This document shows, piece after piece, positions 29,336-38,759 of a stretch of 64,000 nucleotides of DNA. A program made the position numbers and the translations under genes. Origin of the DNA: a virus (lineage: Duplodnaviria > Caudoviricetes). Under the pieces are notes generated by a model. That model was given only the letters and a program-made list of their open reading frames with translations, ran no database searches and was not told the DNA's origin. Within the stretch, counting starts at the first letter, position 1. Each line of letters opens with the position of its first letter. The stretch is from positions 32,681-96,680 of IMG/VR virus record IMGVR_UViG_3300022906_000002; one strand, 5' to 3'.

Positions 29336-29965
29336 TCACCGAGGATCGAGCAGCGCACCGGAGCCGGTGGAAGCCCGGCGAATCTCTTCGTAATAGTTGT
29401 CGTACCGCGCGTCATCCGGATTGTCCCAGATTCTCCGAAGCACATCGTAAGACAGGCATGCGGGCCAGTCCTGGTACGCGCGGTGGCGCTCTTCTCGCAC
29501 CTCCCTGCGTCGGATCGTCGCATTCCGAATAACGCCGCCCAATGGCCGATAGGCGTGAAATCGGACCATTCCGAGCCTCGGAACGCGAACCCTGTTGTTC
29601 TCGCACCCAACTCGTCCAATACCAAAAGAATCGAATCGCCGCTGACTGCGGAATCTGGGGAACCCCGGCGCAGCCCCTCCCGTTTTATGCCGGCGAAAGA
29701 ATGCCTTGAACGCTCGATCGAGGCGACGGAGAATTGAGCGAGCGGTATCGGACGGTACGGCAGCGGCATCACCATCAACCGCCCTAATGGCCACCAACTC
29801 GGCGGCCTGATCGTTGTAATTGACCGAAACCCGCGCCGCTTTCCACGCGCCAATGCGATGCTCTAACCCAGCGTTGTAGAGCTGGCGGCAGAATTCCAGC
29901 CACGCAAGCAGGACGGTTTCCTGCTTGCGGGTTGGATAGAGCGGGTAGCGGTAGGTGCGGATCAT
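29336..29965 (-). CDS. tnpB: TnpB (IS200/IS605 OrfB) N-terminal half lacking RuvC, fused to an unrelated C-terminal tail
   Basis: TYRYPLYPTRKQ, RQLYNAGL, LDRAFKAFF, GFPRFRS, VPRLGMVRF, ATIRRR; no GIDxG, E or DxNAA motifs follow. Confidence 0.85.
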   Translation of the reverse strand: MIRTYRYPLYPTRKQETVLLAWLEFCRQLYNAGLEHRIGAWKAARVSVNYNDQAAELVAIRAVDGDAAAVPSDTARSILRRLDRAFKAFFRRHKTGGAAPGFPRFRSQRRFDSFGIGRVGCENNRVRVPRLGMVRFHAYRPLGGVIRNATIRRREVREERHRAYQDWPACLSYDVLRRIWDNPDDARYDNYYEEIRRASTGSGALLDPR

Positions 29966-29975
29966 GAGATCGGTA

Positions 29976-30203
29976 CTATTCCTCCGGTACCAGAAATGCC
30001 CCCTCGCCTTCGGGCCAGTGCGGATTGTTCAGGCGCCACCCCTTCGGCGGTTCGTACGATGCGCGCGGATCGGCAAGGTCGAGCAGGAGGCGCGATACTG
30101 ACTTGCGCTCGACTTCGGCCCGCTTGCGTATGCGGGCGGCTTCGTGCTCGTTGCACGTCAGGCGCAGGCGGACAGGCCGGCTCTTCGTGGCAGTGCTCGG
30201 CAT
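29976..30203 (-). CDS. MobC/RHH-like DNA-binding protein
   Basis: VRLRLTCNEHEAARIRKRAEVERKSVSRLLLD. Confidence 0.7.
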   Translation of the reverse strand: MPSTATKSRPVRLRLTCNEHEAARIRKRAEVERKSVSRLLLDLADPRASYEPPKGWRLNNPHWPEGEGAFLVPEE

Positions 30204-30206
30204 GGC

Positions 30207-31052
30207 TTATGCCGCCTTCTTCTGCGCTGTGGCGATCGAGCGCGGCAAGGCAATGGCCTCGGGAATTGGGAAAAGGTCCTCGCGGCTCGCTTTCAAGAGT
30301 TTGGGTTCGGCGCGATCCAGAAAATAGCGGAGCGCGTTTTGAGACCGGGCGAACATATCCGCCCGCGTTCCGCGCGCCCGGCATTCCCGATTCGCGAGCA
30401 GCCAGTTCCGCATCTGGAGAGCGGCGTTGTCGTCGGGGACGGTGAGCGGCGTTCCGCTCTGGAGAACGTTCACGTAATCGAGCAGACGGCCGCGATCGTG
30501 GCCAAACCAGGCGCGGGCTACGGGCGCAAGGACGGGCGCCACGGTCACGCCGCGGACATGAGTCTTGACGGCGTCCGCAGCGAACATCGCGGCAGTCCCG
30601 TAGCGTTCGTAAGCGTCTGCAAGTTCACTCTTCGAGAACGTTCCTTTGCCGATGACTGAATTGAAGAACGCCAGAATCGCCACTGTCATGATCTCGACCT
30701 GATGAGCGCCACCCGAGTTGATCGTGAGCACATCCGCCCCCGTTCGCCGTCGGTGGTCATCCATGACAATCTGGCGATCGTGAGGCACGTTCCGGCTCAC
30801 CATCATCTCGACCGGAACGCCCGCCATCATGACGGCGGCGAGCCGATGCTGCCCGTCGAGGAGGTGGCTCGCTTCGTCGAAGGCGATGCCCTGGTGAGTC
30901 AGGAGCCATCGGCCGGCCACCATGTCGCGGGCCATGTTCAAGACGGTACCTGTCGAGACCTTCCGATTCGCCCCCTTCGAGTCAAACCATGCCTTCGCCT
31001 GGTCCGGCGTCACCTTGACGATCTCGGTGACGATCTTTCCGTTTCCGCTCAT
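30207..31052 (-). CDS. ParB/Srx-like DGQHR-domain protein
   Basis: VTPDQAKAW...NR...ARDMVAGRW...QGIAFD...LLDGQHRLAAV. Confidence 0.85.
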   Translation of the reverse strand: MSGNGKIVTEIVKVTPDQAKAWFDSKGANRKVSTGTVLNMARDMVAGRWLLTHQGIAFDEASHLLDGQHRLAAVMMAGVPVEMMVSRNVPHDRQIVMDDHRRRTGADVLTINSGGAHQVEIMTVAILAFFNSVIGKGTFSKSELADAYERYGTAAMFAADAVKTHVRGVTVAPVLAPVARAWFGHDRGRLLDYVNVLQSGTPLTVPDDNAALQMRNWLLANRECRARGTRADMFARSQNALRYFLDRAEPKLLKASREDLFPIPEAIALPRSIATAQKKAA

Positions 31053-31612
31053 AGCCCTCCCTCGGCGCCTAGCGCCTCTTCGATTTTCGAACCAGACGCA
31101 AGCGCCTTCGCGACGCTTGGCGCCGGCAATCCGGACATCTCTGCGATCTCTTCGATCGGGTATCCCATCGCGGCCATGCGCTGGCAGAATGCGGCCTGTT
31201 CGGTAGTCAGGGCTCCGCGGCCCCATTGCTTCATGTGCGCTTGTCGCGCCGGGCTCTGAAGGTACCGATGGCGACACCATCCGCGGTGCCCCCATGATTG
31301 ACCGCAAGGGCAGTCGCCGAGCGGCGGATCAAAAAGGGCGATAATTCGGGCTACCGTCGTCTTCGTGATTCCGGCATGCGCCGCAGACTTTCGTAAAGAA
31401 TCGCCGCGGGACAGCGCTTCGAGAACGACCCGAATAGTCGCAGGCGGCGTGTACATGCCAACCTTGCGCCGCGGCGTCAGCTTAGTCGTGCTCTTGCAGT
31501 GCCTGCACTTGTAGCGCTGCTCGCCGCCGAAGGTGAACCCCCACTTGATGATCCCGGGACGACCGCATCGCTGGCATTCCATGGGGCCGAACTGTAGCCG
31601 CTTTGGCGCCAT
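31049..31612 (-). CDS. IS1 InsA-like Zn-ribbon plus HTH protein with an extra Zn-finger/HTH
   Basis: CQRCG...IIKWG...GEQRYKCRHC; GDSLRKSAAHAGITKTTV; CPCG...HRGWC; GYPIEEIAEMSG. Confidence 0.7.
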   Translation of the reverse strand: MAPKRLQFGPMECQRCGRPGIIKWGFTFGGEQRYKCRHCKSTTKLTPRRKVGMYTPPATIRVVLEALSRGDSLRKSAAHAGITKTTVARIIALFDPPLGDCPCGQSWGHRGWCRHRYLQSPARQAHMKQWGRGALTTEQAAFCQRMAAMGYPIEEIAEMSGLPAPSVAKALASGSKIEEALGAEGGL

Positions 31613-31620
31613 ACGTCAAG

Positions 31621-31884
31621 TCAGGCTCCGCCTGGTACCCGCACGGCAATCTGCCCTGCCGCAACCTCTGCACCCTCGGCCCCGACCCGAGCCTGAAACG
31701 TCTCCGGCGAGCACCGATGCGTCGACTCCCGCCCGTGCCGCGTTTCGACGTAGGCGACCTCGCGGAACGTGACCGCCGTGACGCGCAGGACGGCTATCTC
31801 GGCGCGGATCGGGCCGGCGTCGGCGGGGCTGAGGATTGGCACGGCGTAGAGGTTGCCGGGCTCGATTTGGGCTCTAGGGATCAA
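31621..31884 (-). CDS. hypothetical protein
   Basis: TTGA overlap with the DUF3310 stop. Confidence 0.45.
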   Translation of the reverse strand: MIPRAQIEPGNLYAVPILSPADAGPIRAEIAVLRVTAVTFREVAYVETRHGRESTHRCSPETFQARVGAEGAEVAAGQIAVRVPGGA

Positions 31885-32087
31885 GGCTTCTTCTCCCGCC
31901 GCTCGATCTCTCGGGCGATGTAGAACGCCGCCTTCCGCAGATCTTCGATGCCGCCCTTCATGTCCGCGCGCCAGACGTATTTGATGACGTTGCCGAGGTT
32001 GAAGTTGAAGTGCTCGACGACATCGATGCACTCGATCCCGCTGGGATGCGAGCGATAGTGCTCGGGGTGGTTTACGGGGTCGCTCAT
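31881..32087 (-). CDS. DUF3310 protein
   Basis: DPVNHPEHY...GIECID...FNLGNVIKYVWRA...EDLRKAAFY. Confidence 0.92.
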   Translation of the reverse strand: MSDPVNHPEHYRSHPSGIECIDVVEHFNFNLGNVIKYVWRADMKGGIEDLRKAAFYIAREIERREKKP

Positions 32088-32584
32088 GGGTTCCAATCCC
32101 TCGGCGTGGCCGAGTCGGGAAGATAGAGGGGATGCCGAGGCGCGCCGCTTTTCGTAATTCCAAGCGCGTAGAGCGGAAAACCTCGAAAGCGAAGAGCCTC
32201 CGCGACCATCTCCCCGCGCCGCTCGAAGTGCTTCACGCGCGTTGCTCCCCATGCGGCCACGATCATTCCGGCGCCGCGCGCAGCCGCAAGGATCGCCGCA
32301 TCGTTCCCCGGGCCGATCGGATCATCGGCGACCGACAGCGCCGCCGGGTCAGTGCTCCGGAGCGCGAACAGGTTGACGACTTCGACCGCCGGGAACCCCA
32401 TGCGCACGGCTCGCCGCTGGCACCGCTCGACCGTCGGATCGTTGCGCTCGGCGTCGGCAGTGGACGGATTGAGCATAATGAAGACGCACGGCGCGCCCTC
32501 GGCCCATCGGCGCCATAGCCGGTAGCGGTAGATCCCGCACTCGCTGAACTCGGCGCCGGAATCGACGAAAAGGGATGCGCTCAC
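32084..32584 (-). CDS. DUF1643 protein
   Basis: YRYRLWRRW, MLNPSTAD...DPT, NLFALRSTDP, AAWG, PRHPLY. Confidence 0.92.
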   Translation of the reverse strand: MSASLFVDSGAEFSECGIYRYRLWRRWAEGAPCVFIMLNPSTADAERNDPTVERCQRRAVRMGFPAVEVVNLFALRSTDPAALSVADDPIGPGNDAAILAAARGAGMIVAAWGATRVKHFERRGEMVAEALRFRGFPLYALGITKSGAPRHPLYLPDSATPRDWNP

Positions 32585-33162
32585 CCGCAAACCCCGACGC
32601 CCGCGATGTCCACCCGATGCCCGCAAGTCCGGAACGCCTTGACCCCGATGCAGCAGACCGATTCCGACGGATTCCCGTAGATCAGCCGCAACGCTTCGAC
32701 CTGCTGGCGGTCGGCATAGTTGACGTGGCCATGAAACGACGGCGCATCCGGGAAGCTACCGGTGGACATTCCAACTAGCCGCAGCCGAACGAACGCCGTC
32801 TCGCCGATCAGGAACGCGACGCCGCGAAGGCGCGGAACGTTCTGCGCGGCCCCGGCGGGCGTCAAGTCGAGCCATCCCGCGGCATCCTCGCTCACGAACG
32901 ACGGCGAGGCCGAGACGGCGCCATTCCGCTCGATCCGCGCCACGAATCCTACGCGGATCTTGAGCGACACATCCTCGACGTAGAAGAGCGTGCCTTCGCG
33001 GGCCGTGACGCGCACGGACGGCGGCGAGACGCGGGCTCCGGCAGCAAAGAGCGCCACCTCGAAGGTGAACAGGCGGTCGGATACCGGCAGCGGCAGGGTC
33101 TCACCGGCAAACGACGGCGCGGCGGACAAGGTGAGCGCGGCGAGCAGTGCGAATCTTTTCAT
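32581..33162 (-). CDS. secreted protein
   Basis: Signal peptide MKRFALLAALTLSAAPSFA; GGAGG RBS; Cys-rich C-terminus. Confidence 0.65.
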   Translation of the reverse strand: MKRFALLAALTLSAAPSFAGETLPLPVSDRLFTFEVALFAAGARVSPPSVRVTAREGTLFYVEDVSLKIRVGFVARIERNGAVSASPSFVSEDAAGWLDLTPAGAAQNVPRLRGVAFLIGETAFVRLRLVGMSTGSFPDAPSFHGHVNYADRQQVEALRLIYGNPSESVCCIGVKAFRTCGHRVDIAGVGVCG

Positions 33163-33410
33163 GATGCCTCCAGATATCGAAATGCAGCGTCAGTCAAAAG
33201 GTGAACCTCGATGACGGAATCCGTCCCGCCGCACCGGCATTCCCAGTATCGCGCACCACTGAAGCGACGCACGGGCCGCCAGCGGCAGACGTGCCTTGGC
33301 GCACAGTCAGCGCAGAGCTTGAGCGGTGCGGGTGCGCCGCAGTCTACGCAATCGTGTTCGTCTGGGTCCGGTGGGCCGTGGAGTAGGCGGCGGCGTTCGG
33401 CGGCGTTCAT
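33159..33410 (-). CDS. small Zn-finger protein
   Basis: CVDCG...CADC...HVC...CRCG. Confidence 0.5.
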   Translation of the reverse strand: MNAAERRRLLHGPPDPDEHDCVDCGAPAPLKLCADCAPRHVCRWRPVRRFSGARYWECRCGGTDSVIEVHLLTDAAFRYLEAS

Positions 33411-34435
33411 GGCGTCGCCCATTCGTTGAATACCACCGGTCTGTTCGCCCAATGCCCGGCGCGGTGAACGACGTGCCCGGGGCGAACCCATTTCGCGACA
33501 CAGCTTCGAAACTCGCGGTAGTGAAACTCGCCAGATAGGCGCACGACGTAACCTTCGCGGCCGGGATCGGCGCCGGAAAGACTCTCGATCGCAAGACGAA
33601 CGTTCCCGAACAGCGCGGCGACCGCGAGCACCGGGACAGTCGCGAGCCCTAGAAGCGCGGCCCATTCCTCCGTCTCGGTCCACGATAGGCAAGCGTTACG
33701 ATCATCCCAGACCGAAAAGACCTGGAAAAATGATCGTAGGCGACCGTAGTGAATCGAGTGCTCGGCGGTCAGATTCTCGCCGCAGATCCGCCAGCCGTCC
33801 GGGATCTCGTGAGCAATGCTCGCCCACAGAGCCTTCACCCGATCGCGCGACGGGTGCGGCGAGTATTCGAGGGATCGAGCGTGTAATCCGTCCCGGTAGA
33901 GCGTGCAGTTCTCGCCGTCCATCTTCTCGGTAATTACAACTTCTCGACCGGCGAACATGCTGTCGGCGTCGCTTGCGATCCTGTCGTCGGATGTCGCCCC
34001 CGGCGACCAAGGGAGATGGTAGGTACGCGGATACTTAACGCGGTTGGTGAACTCTCCGAGCACGGGCGCCAGGACCCTGCGCGCCGACTCGTCTTCGAAC
34101 AGTTCGCCGCGCAGCCGCTGCCCGTTGTCGAGAATCGGGTTGCCCCACTTGTCGATTCTCTGGTCCGAGTAGAGATGCTCCGGAATGACCGCGCGAGGGA
34201 TTCCGCACCGCTCGCGCAGCTCTTCGCATGACACGAGAGTTTGCTCGCATCGGATGTGGCACTGCCCGCAAACGGTCGCCCCGTTGTCGAGGTAGTAGCC
34301 ACCGTCAGCGAAGAGGCGACGCTCGACGATGTGGTGAGCGTCGACGCCGGGCGAGCCGCAGAGGACGCACCGACGGCCGTCGCGATCGAAGACGGCGGCG
34401 CGAAACTGGTCGCGGGTAAGGAGATCGGCGTTCAT
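33407..34435 (-). CDS. HNH domain - RNA ligase (Rnl2-like) fusion
   Basis: RDGRRCVLCG...DAHHI...NGATVCGQCH; KYPRTYHLPWS, motif I EKMDGEN, GENL, FQVF, EGYVVR, AKWVR. Confidence 0.9.
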   Translation of the reverse strand: MNADLLTRDQFRAAVFDRDGRRCVLCGSPGVDAHHIVERRLFADGGYYLDNGATVCGQCHIRCEQTLVSCEELRERCGIPRAVIPEHLYSDQRIDKWGNPILDNGQRLRGELFEDESARRVLAPVLGEFTNRVKYPRTYHLPWSPGATSDDRIASDADSMFAGREVVITEKMDGENCTLYRDGLHARSLEYSPHPSRDRVKALWASIAHEIPDGWRICGENLTAEHSIHYGRLRSFFQVFSVWDDRNACLSWTETEEWAALLGLATVPVLAVAALFGNVRLAIESLSGADPGREGYVVRLSGEFHYREFRSCVAKWVRPGHVVHRAGHWANRPVVFNEWATP

Positions 34436-34818
34436 CGCGATAGCCCCGGATACAGCTCAACCTCTTGCGCGAACGACCCGAGCGGGTAGTCGCACCGAAA
34501 GAGCACCTGAACTGCGGACTCTCCGAGGATCTGATCCGGGACGATCTGCACGCATCGGAAGCCGAGCGCCAGAAGCCGCCCATACTCGGCGAACGAGAAC
34601 CAGCGGCGGAGAGTCGCCACGTCCCGGCATCCGATCCCGCTATGCGGCCGCGGCGGGCGCTTCAGTATCCACGGCCACTGCTCGAAGCTCGGGATCAGAT
34701 CCGCGGCGGCCGGCGTGGTGTCGGACCATTGCACGCTGAAGCCGGGAATCCACGGGCCGCGACCGGCGGCGTTCTGGATTCGCAAGAGGATGACACCTGC
34801 CCCGCTGGCGCCGCTCAC
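34432..34818 (-). CDS. hypothetical protein
   Basis: LRIQNAAGRGPW...GC...LRRWF; coupled overlaps. Confidence 0.55.
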   Translation of the reverse strand: MSGASGAGVILLRIQNAAGRGPWIPGFSVQWSDTTPAAADLIPSFEQWPWILKRPPRPHSGIGCRDVATLRRWFSFAEYGRLLALGFRCVQIVPDQILGESAVQVLFRCDYPLGSFAQEVELYPGLSR

Positions 34819-35117
34819 AGATCGCCCTTCCCCGCCCGATCTTCCCAGATGCGGGCGATGATGCTCGCGTGGCACGGCCGAGGCGCACACGAACAGGCGA
34901 GCATCGAATCCGGACCGATCGAATCGAGCGCGGCGATTATCGCGCGGTCGCCTTTAACGATCTTCTCGCGGAGCCACGTCTCATAGAGATCGAGCGCCGC
35001 GGGTCCGTGCTCGGCAAGCGTGTACGGATTGCCGAGCGGCGTTCCGCGGCCGACGTAGATAGTCCCGACCGGAAGTCCCCTCTTGTAGTGATGACGATTG
35101 ATGACCGTCGGCATCAT
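34815..35117 (-). CDS. DUF4326 protein
   Basis: IYVGRGTPLGNPY...LACSCAPRPCHA. Confidence 0.9.
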   Translation of the reverse strand: MMPTVINRHHYKRGLPVGTIYVGRGTPLGNPYTLAEHGPAALDLYETWLREKIVKGDRAIIAALDSIGPDSMLACSCAPRPCHASIIARIWEDRAGKGDL

Positions 35118-37295
35118 TCCCACCTGACCGGCCGGTAGCAAAGGTCCGTTTCGTAGACGCTCTCATCGCACCATGTCACCTCGCCCAGATCCTCGAAGCG
35201 CGCCGGGCTGTCGATGTGGATCACCAGGAACACGTCACCGGGCCGAGGCTTGCTCGCGCGGCGGAGCTTGAAGGCTCTCTCTTCGGGCAGAAGATAGTTG
35301 ACCCCTGCCGGATTCAGGATGCGCCAATCTTCCTCGCCGATCGCGATGTAATTCGGAGCGCCCGTCACGCGCATGGGATCTTCACCTCCCGCAACTCTCG
35401 CGGCACTCCATCGCCCCGCAAGAACTCGCGCAACCCTTCGATGTCGGCAGGCTCTATGCCAGCCCACAGTTCCTCGTCGCTCGGCGCTTCGGCAGAGATC
35501 TCTTCGAGCACTTCGTAGTCCAGGTTCATCCGGCGCAGCTCAAACCCCGAACCATCCGGCCCGCCGAAGTACGACCCCTCCCATCGCTCGCCAGGAAGGA
35601 TTTCGCGCCCCATCTTGCGCAGCGCCACGTGCGCCGCGTTGCGCCATGCATAGACGCCGATCCCAACCATGCCGCGCAACTCGGTGCCGATACACGTCCA
35701 CGCGGCGCAGAAGATGCCCTCGCGCCCCGGCATCGGTTCAGCGAGCAGGTTGAGGTCCCGGTATTCCATGTATCCGCGCCGAAATTCCGCGATCGTCGGT
35801 TCGATGAATCTCCCCGGCCGCCACGCTTTCGGGTCGCGGATGTAGACCCAGTTCTTGTAGATCTCCGCGACGACCCCGGATGCGGTCTTGAGTTCCTTGA
35901 TCGGCCTTCCGCGGCGATTGAGCGATAGGCGTTCGTAGTCGGATCCGCTCATGGCTTCACCGTCCGTCGCACCACAACCCGATTTCGCCAGTCCGCAACC
36001 ACTTCGAACTCCGGGCCGAGTTCATCGGCCATCCTCATCAGCTCTGCGCGGCAGTCGTACGTCACCCCCTCCGGCCAGAAGTCGGGGTCGCGATACCGGA
36101 GAACCAGCGATCCCGATTCGCGGTCGGCTGCGGATACCAGGAATCCGCCGACCGTCCACGGGTGGCCCTGTTCGCGGAATGCCCGCGCGAACCCTTTCCG
36201 CTTCAGGTGCGCGGCGAGGGTGTTCGGGTGAAGGGGCTTCGGGGCTGTCACGGGCGCACTCCGCCGAACTCCCGGTCCGTCATTTCCATCTCCTTCCATG
36301 GCCCCCATATCGAAACTCGATTTTCTCGATCCCATGCCGACGTCTTCCGGAAAGCCGCAAGTGACTCCATGTCGATTATTTCGTAACGCGTCGCGGCGTC
36401 TTCACCCATCTCGGCAATAACGGCATCGATTTGCTCTAGGGAGTTCGCCGCACCCCTGAAATGCGCGAGCGCCGAAGCTTCATCGTCTCCGCCGTCGTAA
36501 ACCTCGGATTCTGAATACGAGAAGACGAGAAGCTTCCCTGGCGAGACCGGCGCGCTCACTTGAACCTCTCGGCGAGCCGGTCAAGGGCTTGAATGGAGGC
36601 GCCAACGCCGAACGCTGCAAGATGGAAATCCTGTCGCCCCATGAACGACGCCATCTCCCCGCGCAGGTCCGCCAGCGCCTCACGTACCGCCTGATTGGTG
36701 ATCCTGTCACCGAGATCGCCGCTCCGCTGGATTAGCTCCCGCTCCCGTGCGGTGAATACCTCCGCCCCATCGAAGCTCCCCGGCTCCGGCTCGCGCAGAT
36801 CCCCGGCGATCGAGGGCGGGACGGGCGCGTCAGCTCGCGCGGACTCCTTCTCGGCAATGCGGGCCAACTCGCCGATCCACAGAGGCAACGCCGCGGTCGG
36901 AAACGAGATCAGGCTCTCGTCGCCGTCGTCGATTTCAACGTAGCTTCCGGCAACCGATAAGTGAGTCGCGCCATAGGCGCGCTCGCCGTCGGGGTACAGG
37001 CTGCCGAATGCGACATCTCCGTCGTCGAACTCTTCAACGAAAACCTCGCCGCCCTCCGGCAACTCGATTTTCTCGCGGCGGATCGGTGCGCGCTTCACTT
37101 CGAATCCTTCGCCGCGGCTTCGATGCGGTCGAGTTCTTCAATCACGGATTGCAACGCCTCCCGCTCGCCTTCCGCGAGAAACCAGGTGTTTCCGAAGGAT
37201 CGGCTCATTCCTGCCTTGGCTTCAATGACGCGGGTGCGCTCACCGAGCAGGAACTTCCGCAGATCTTCGAGGGGTGTTACGATTGAATCAGCCAT
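35114..37295 (-). other. coupled hypothetical genes (35114-35374, 35365-35952, 35949-36251, 36248-36559, 36556-37098, 37095-37295)
   Basis: Overlapping start/stop codons; AGGAGG RBS before 37295. Confidence 0.65.
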
Positions 37296-37323
37296 CGCGA
37301 CCTCCTATAAGGCGCCGAGGTTA

Positions 37324-37360
37324 GAAGCGAGGGACCGGCGCCGAACCGCTCCCTCGCTTC
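37324..37360 (-). terminator. 11-bp stem-loop downstream of the endolysin
   Basis: GAAGCGAGGGA / TCCCTCGCTTC. Confidence 0.5.
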
Positions 37361-37372
37361 GAGAAGTTTATC

Positions 37373-37987
37373 CTATTCCTGCGCCTCCAGCCCGAAATTC
37401 CTCCGCGCCAGATCATAAAGTCGGCGCCGGTCCGCCATCCCGTTGAATCCACCGTTGATCGCCTTCGTACATCCCCGCAGGTCGCCGATGTCCGCGAACC
37501 GGTTCAGGTTCTTCGATCGCCAGAACCAGCACGCCGCACGCGCCGAGATCTCTGGCTCGACGATCCATTCCGGGTGCGCCACGAGGTCGGTGCCGAGCGC
37601 GATTCCGGCGTCCCGATAGTTGCTCTTGCCGGTGAGTTGGAAGATGCCGCCGCCGCGATACCTGAACCCGTCGCCGCTCGCTTCGTTGCCATTGCCGAGC
37701 CTTCCTGCGTAGGCCTTGTTGCCCAACGCCTCCGATCGATGCTCGAAGGGCTTGGCGCTCGCGGGCGTCCGGAACCGACTCGGCCAAACCTGAACGATTC
37801 GCTCGGCCCGATAGTTCAAATTCTCGCGCGGCCGGGTGAACTGCGCCGACTCGTGCGCCGCTTGCGCCAGGAACATCGCGCACCGTTCGTCCGTGTCGAT
37901 CCCGAATTCCAAGCAGGCGGCGTTCAGCGGGTCGAGCCATTTCGAGGGATCGGCGACTAAGCCGCGGAGGTGGCGGAGTTCGATCAT
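37373..37987 (-). CDS. glycoside hydrolase family 19 endolysin
   Basis: AMFLAQAAHES, ENLNY, YAGRLGNG, DGFRYRGGGIFQLTGKSNY, TKAINGGFNG. Confidence 0.93.
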   Translation of the reverse strand: MIELRHLRGLVADPSKWLDPLNAACLEFGIDTDERCAMFLAQAAHESAQFTRPRENLNYRAERIVQVWPSRFRTPASAKPFEHRSEALGNKAYAGRLGNGNEASGDGFRYRGGGIFQLTGKSNYRDAGIALGTDLVAHPEWIVEPEISARAACWFWRSKNLNRFADIGDLRGCTKAINGGFNGMADRRRLYDLARRNFGLEAQE

Positions 37988-38499
37988 TGGCGCCCCTCTT
38001 CGGCGATGAGCCACGCAGAGACCTGATTGATAAGCCACCACTGCGCCGAAGTGAACTGCGGGCCGTACCGATCGATTTGGCGCCCCATGTTGTCCTCCCA
38101 TGTGCCTTGCGAGCCGTAGGTCAGGTAGGCGGATCGCCAATCGATCACCATTTCGATCAGGTCTAGAAATCCCATGAGCGACGCGTCGCCCTGGAATCCG
38201 TCAATCGCCCAATGCTCCGGATGGTGGCTATTCCGCGAGTAATGCAGGCTGATCGTCGGCTTCTCCGCCTTCAGTCCGGCCCGGTACTCCGGGCTTCCAT
38301 ATAGGTGCTCGCGCGCCGCCCTGTTGATCCGCGAGAATCCTGCGAATTCATCCGGTGCGAGCTTTGACAGATCATGCGCCAGCGCCCGCCGTTCGAGCGC
38401 GTGAGTGAGCAACTGCATCCCCCTGCGAACGTGATCGCGGTGCGCGGCGATCGTTCGGAGGAGCTGGATTCCATCGTCGGGATTGATCTCTTCGCTCAT
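37984..38499 (-). CDS. DUF5662 (HD-like) protein
   Basis: HDLSKL, YGSPEY, HYSRNSHHPEH, DLIEMVIDW. Confidence 0.85.
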   Translation of the reverse strand: MSEEINPDDGIQLLRTIAAHRDHVRRGMQLLTHALERRALAHDLSKLAPDEFAGFSRINRAAREHLYGSPEYRAGLKAEKPTISLHYSRNSHHPEHWAIDGFQGDASLMGFLDLIEMVIDWRSAYLTYGSQGTWEDNMGRQIDRYGPQFTSAQWWLINQVSAWLIAEEGRQ

Positions 38500-38759
38500 G
38501 CCGCGCTCCGTTCTCTGCATTCGGCGATGGTCCGCGCCTCTTCCGCTTCGCACCATCGGATCGCTTCGCTGCTGGAGTCGAACCGCCGATTCCCCGCGGT
38601 CTCCGGCAACAGCTCCGCAGCGGAATCCTTCACCGACCATAAGCCGTCCGCCTGCGTCACTCGCCACTCGAAGCCTAAGTCGCCCTCGCTCGCCACTACC
38701 GCAGAGAACGCCGAGAACATGACGCGCTCGCGCTTATCGAAGCTGCTGTCCCATCTCAT
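38496..38759 (-). CDS. hypothetical protein
   Basis: ATGA overlaps on both sides. Confidence 0.5.
   Translation of the reverse strand: MRWDSSFDKRERVMFSAFSAVVASEGDLGFEWRVTQADGLWSVKDSAAELLPETAGNRRFDSSSEAIRWCEAEEARTIAECRERSAA

Noticed and set aside
29336-29965. Active IS605 element or Cas12f-like nuclease
   Set aside because: No RuvC motifs, tnpA, recognisable IS ends or CRISPR repeats
30207-31052. Dnd phosphorothioation system suggested by the DGQHR motif
   Set aside because: No dndC/D/E; matches the common phage ParB-like type
31049-31612. Intact IS1 element
   Set aside because: No InsB/DDE frame, A6C frameshift site or terminal inverted repeats seen
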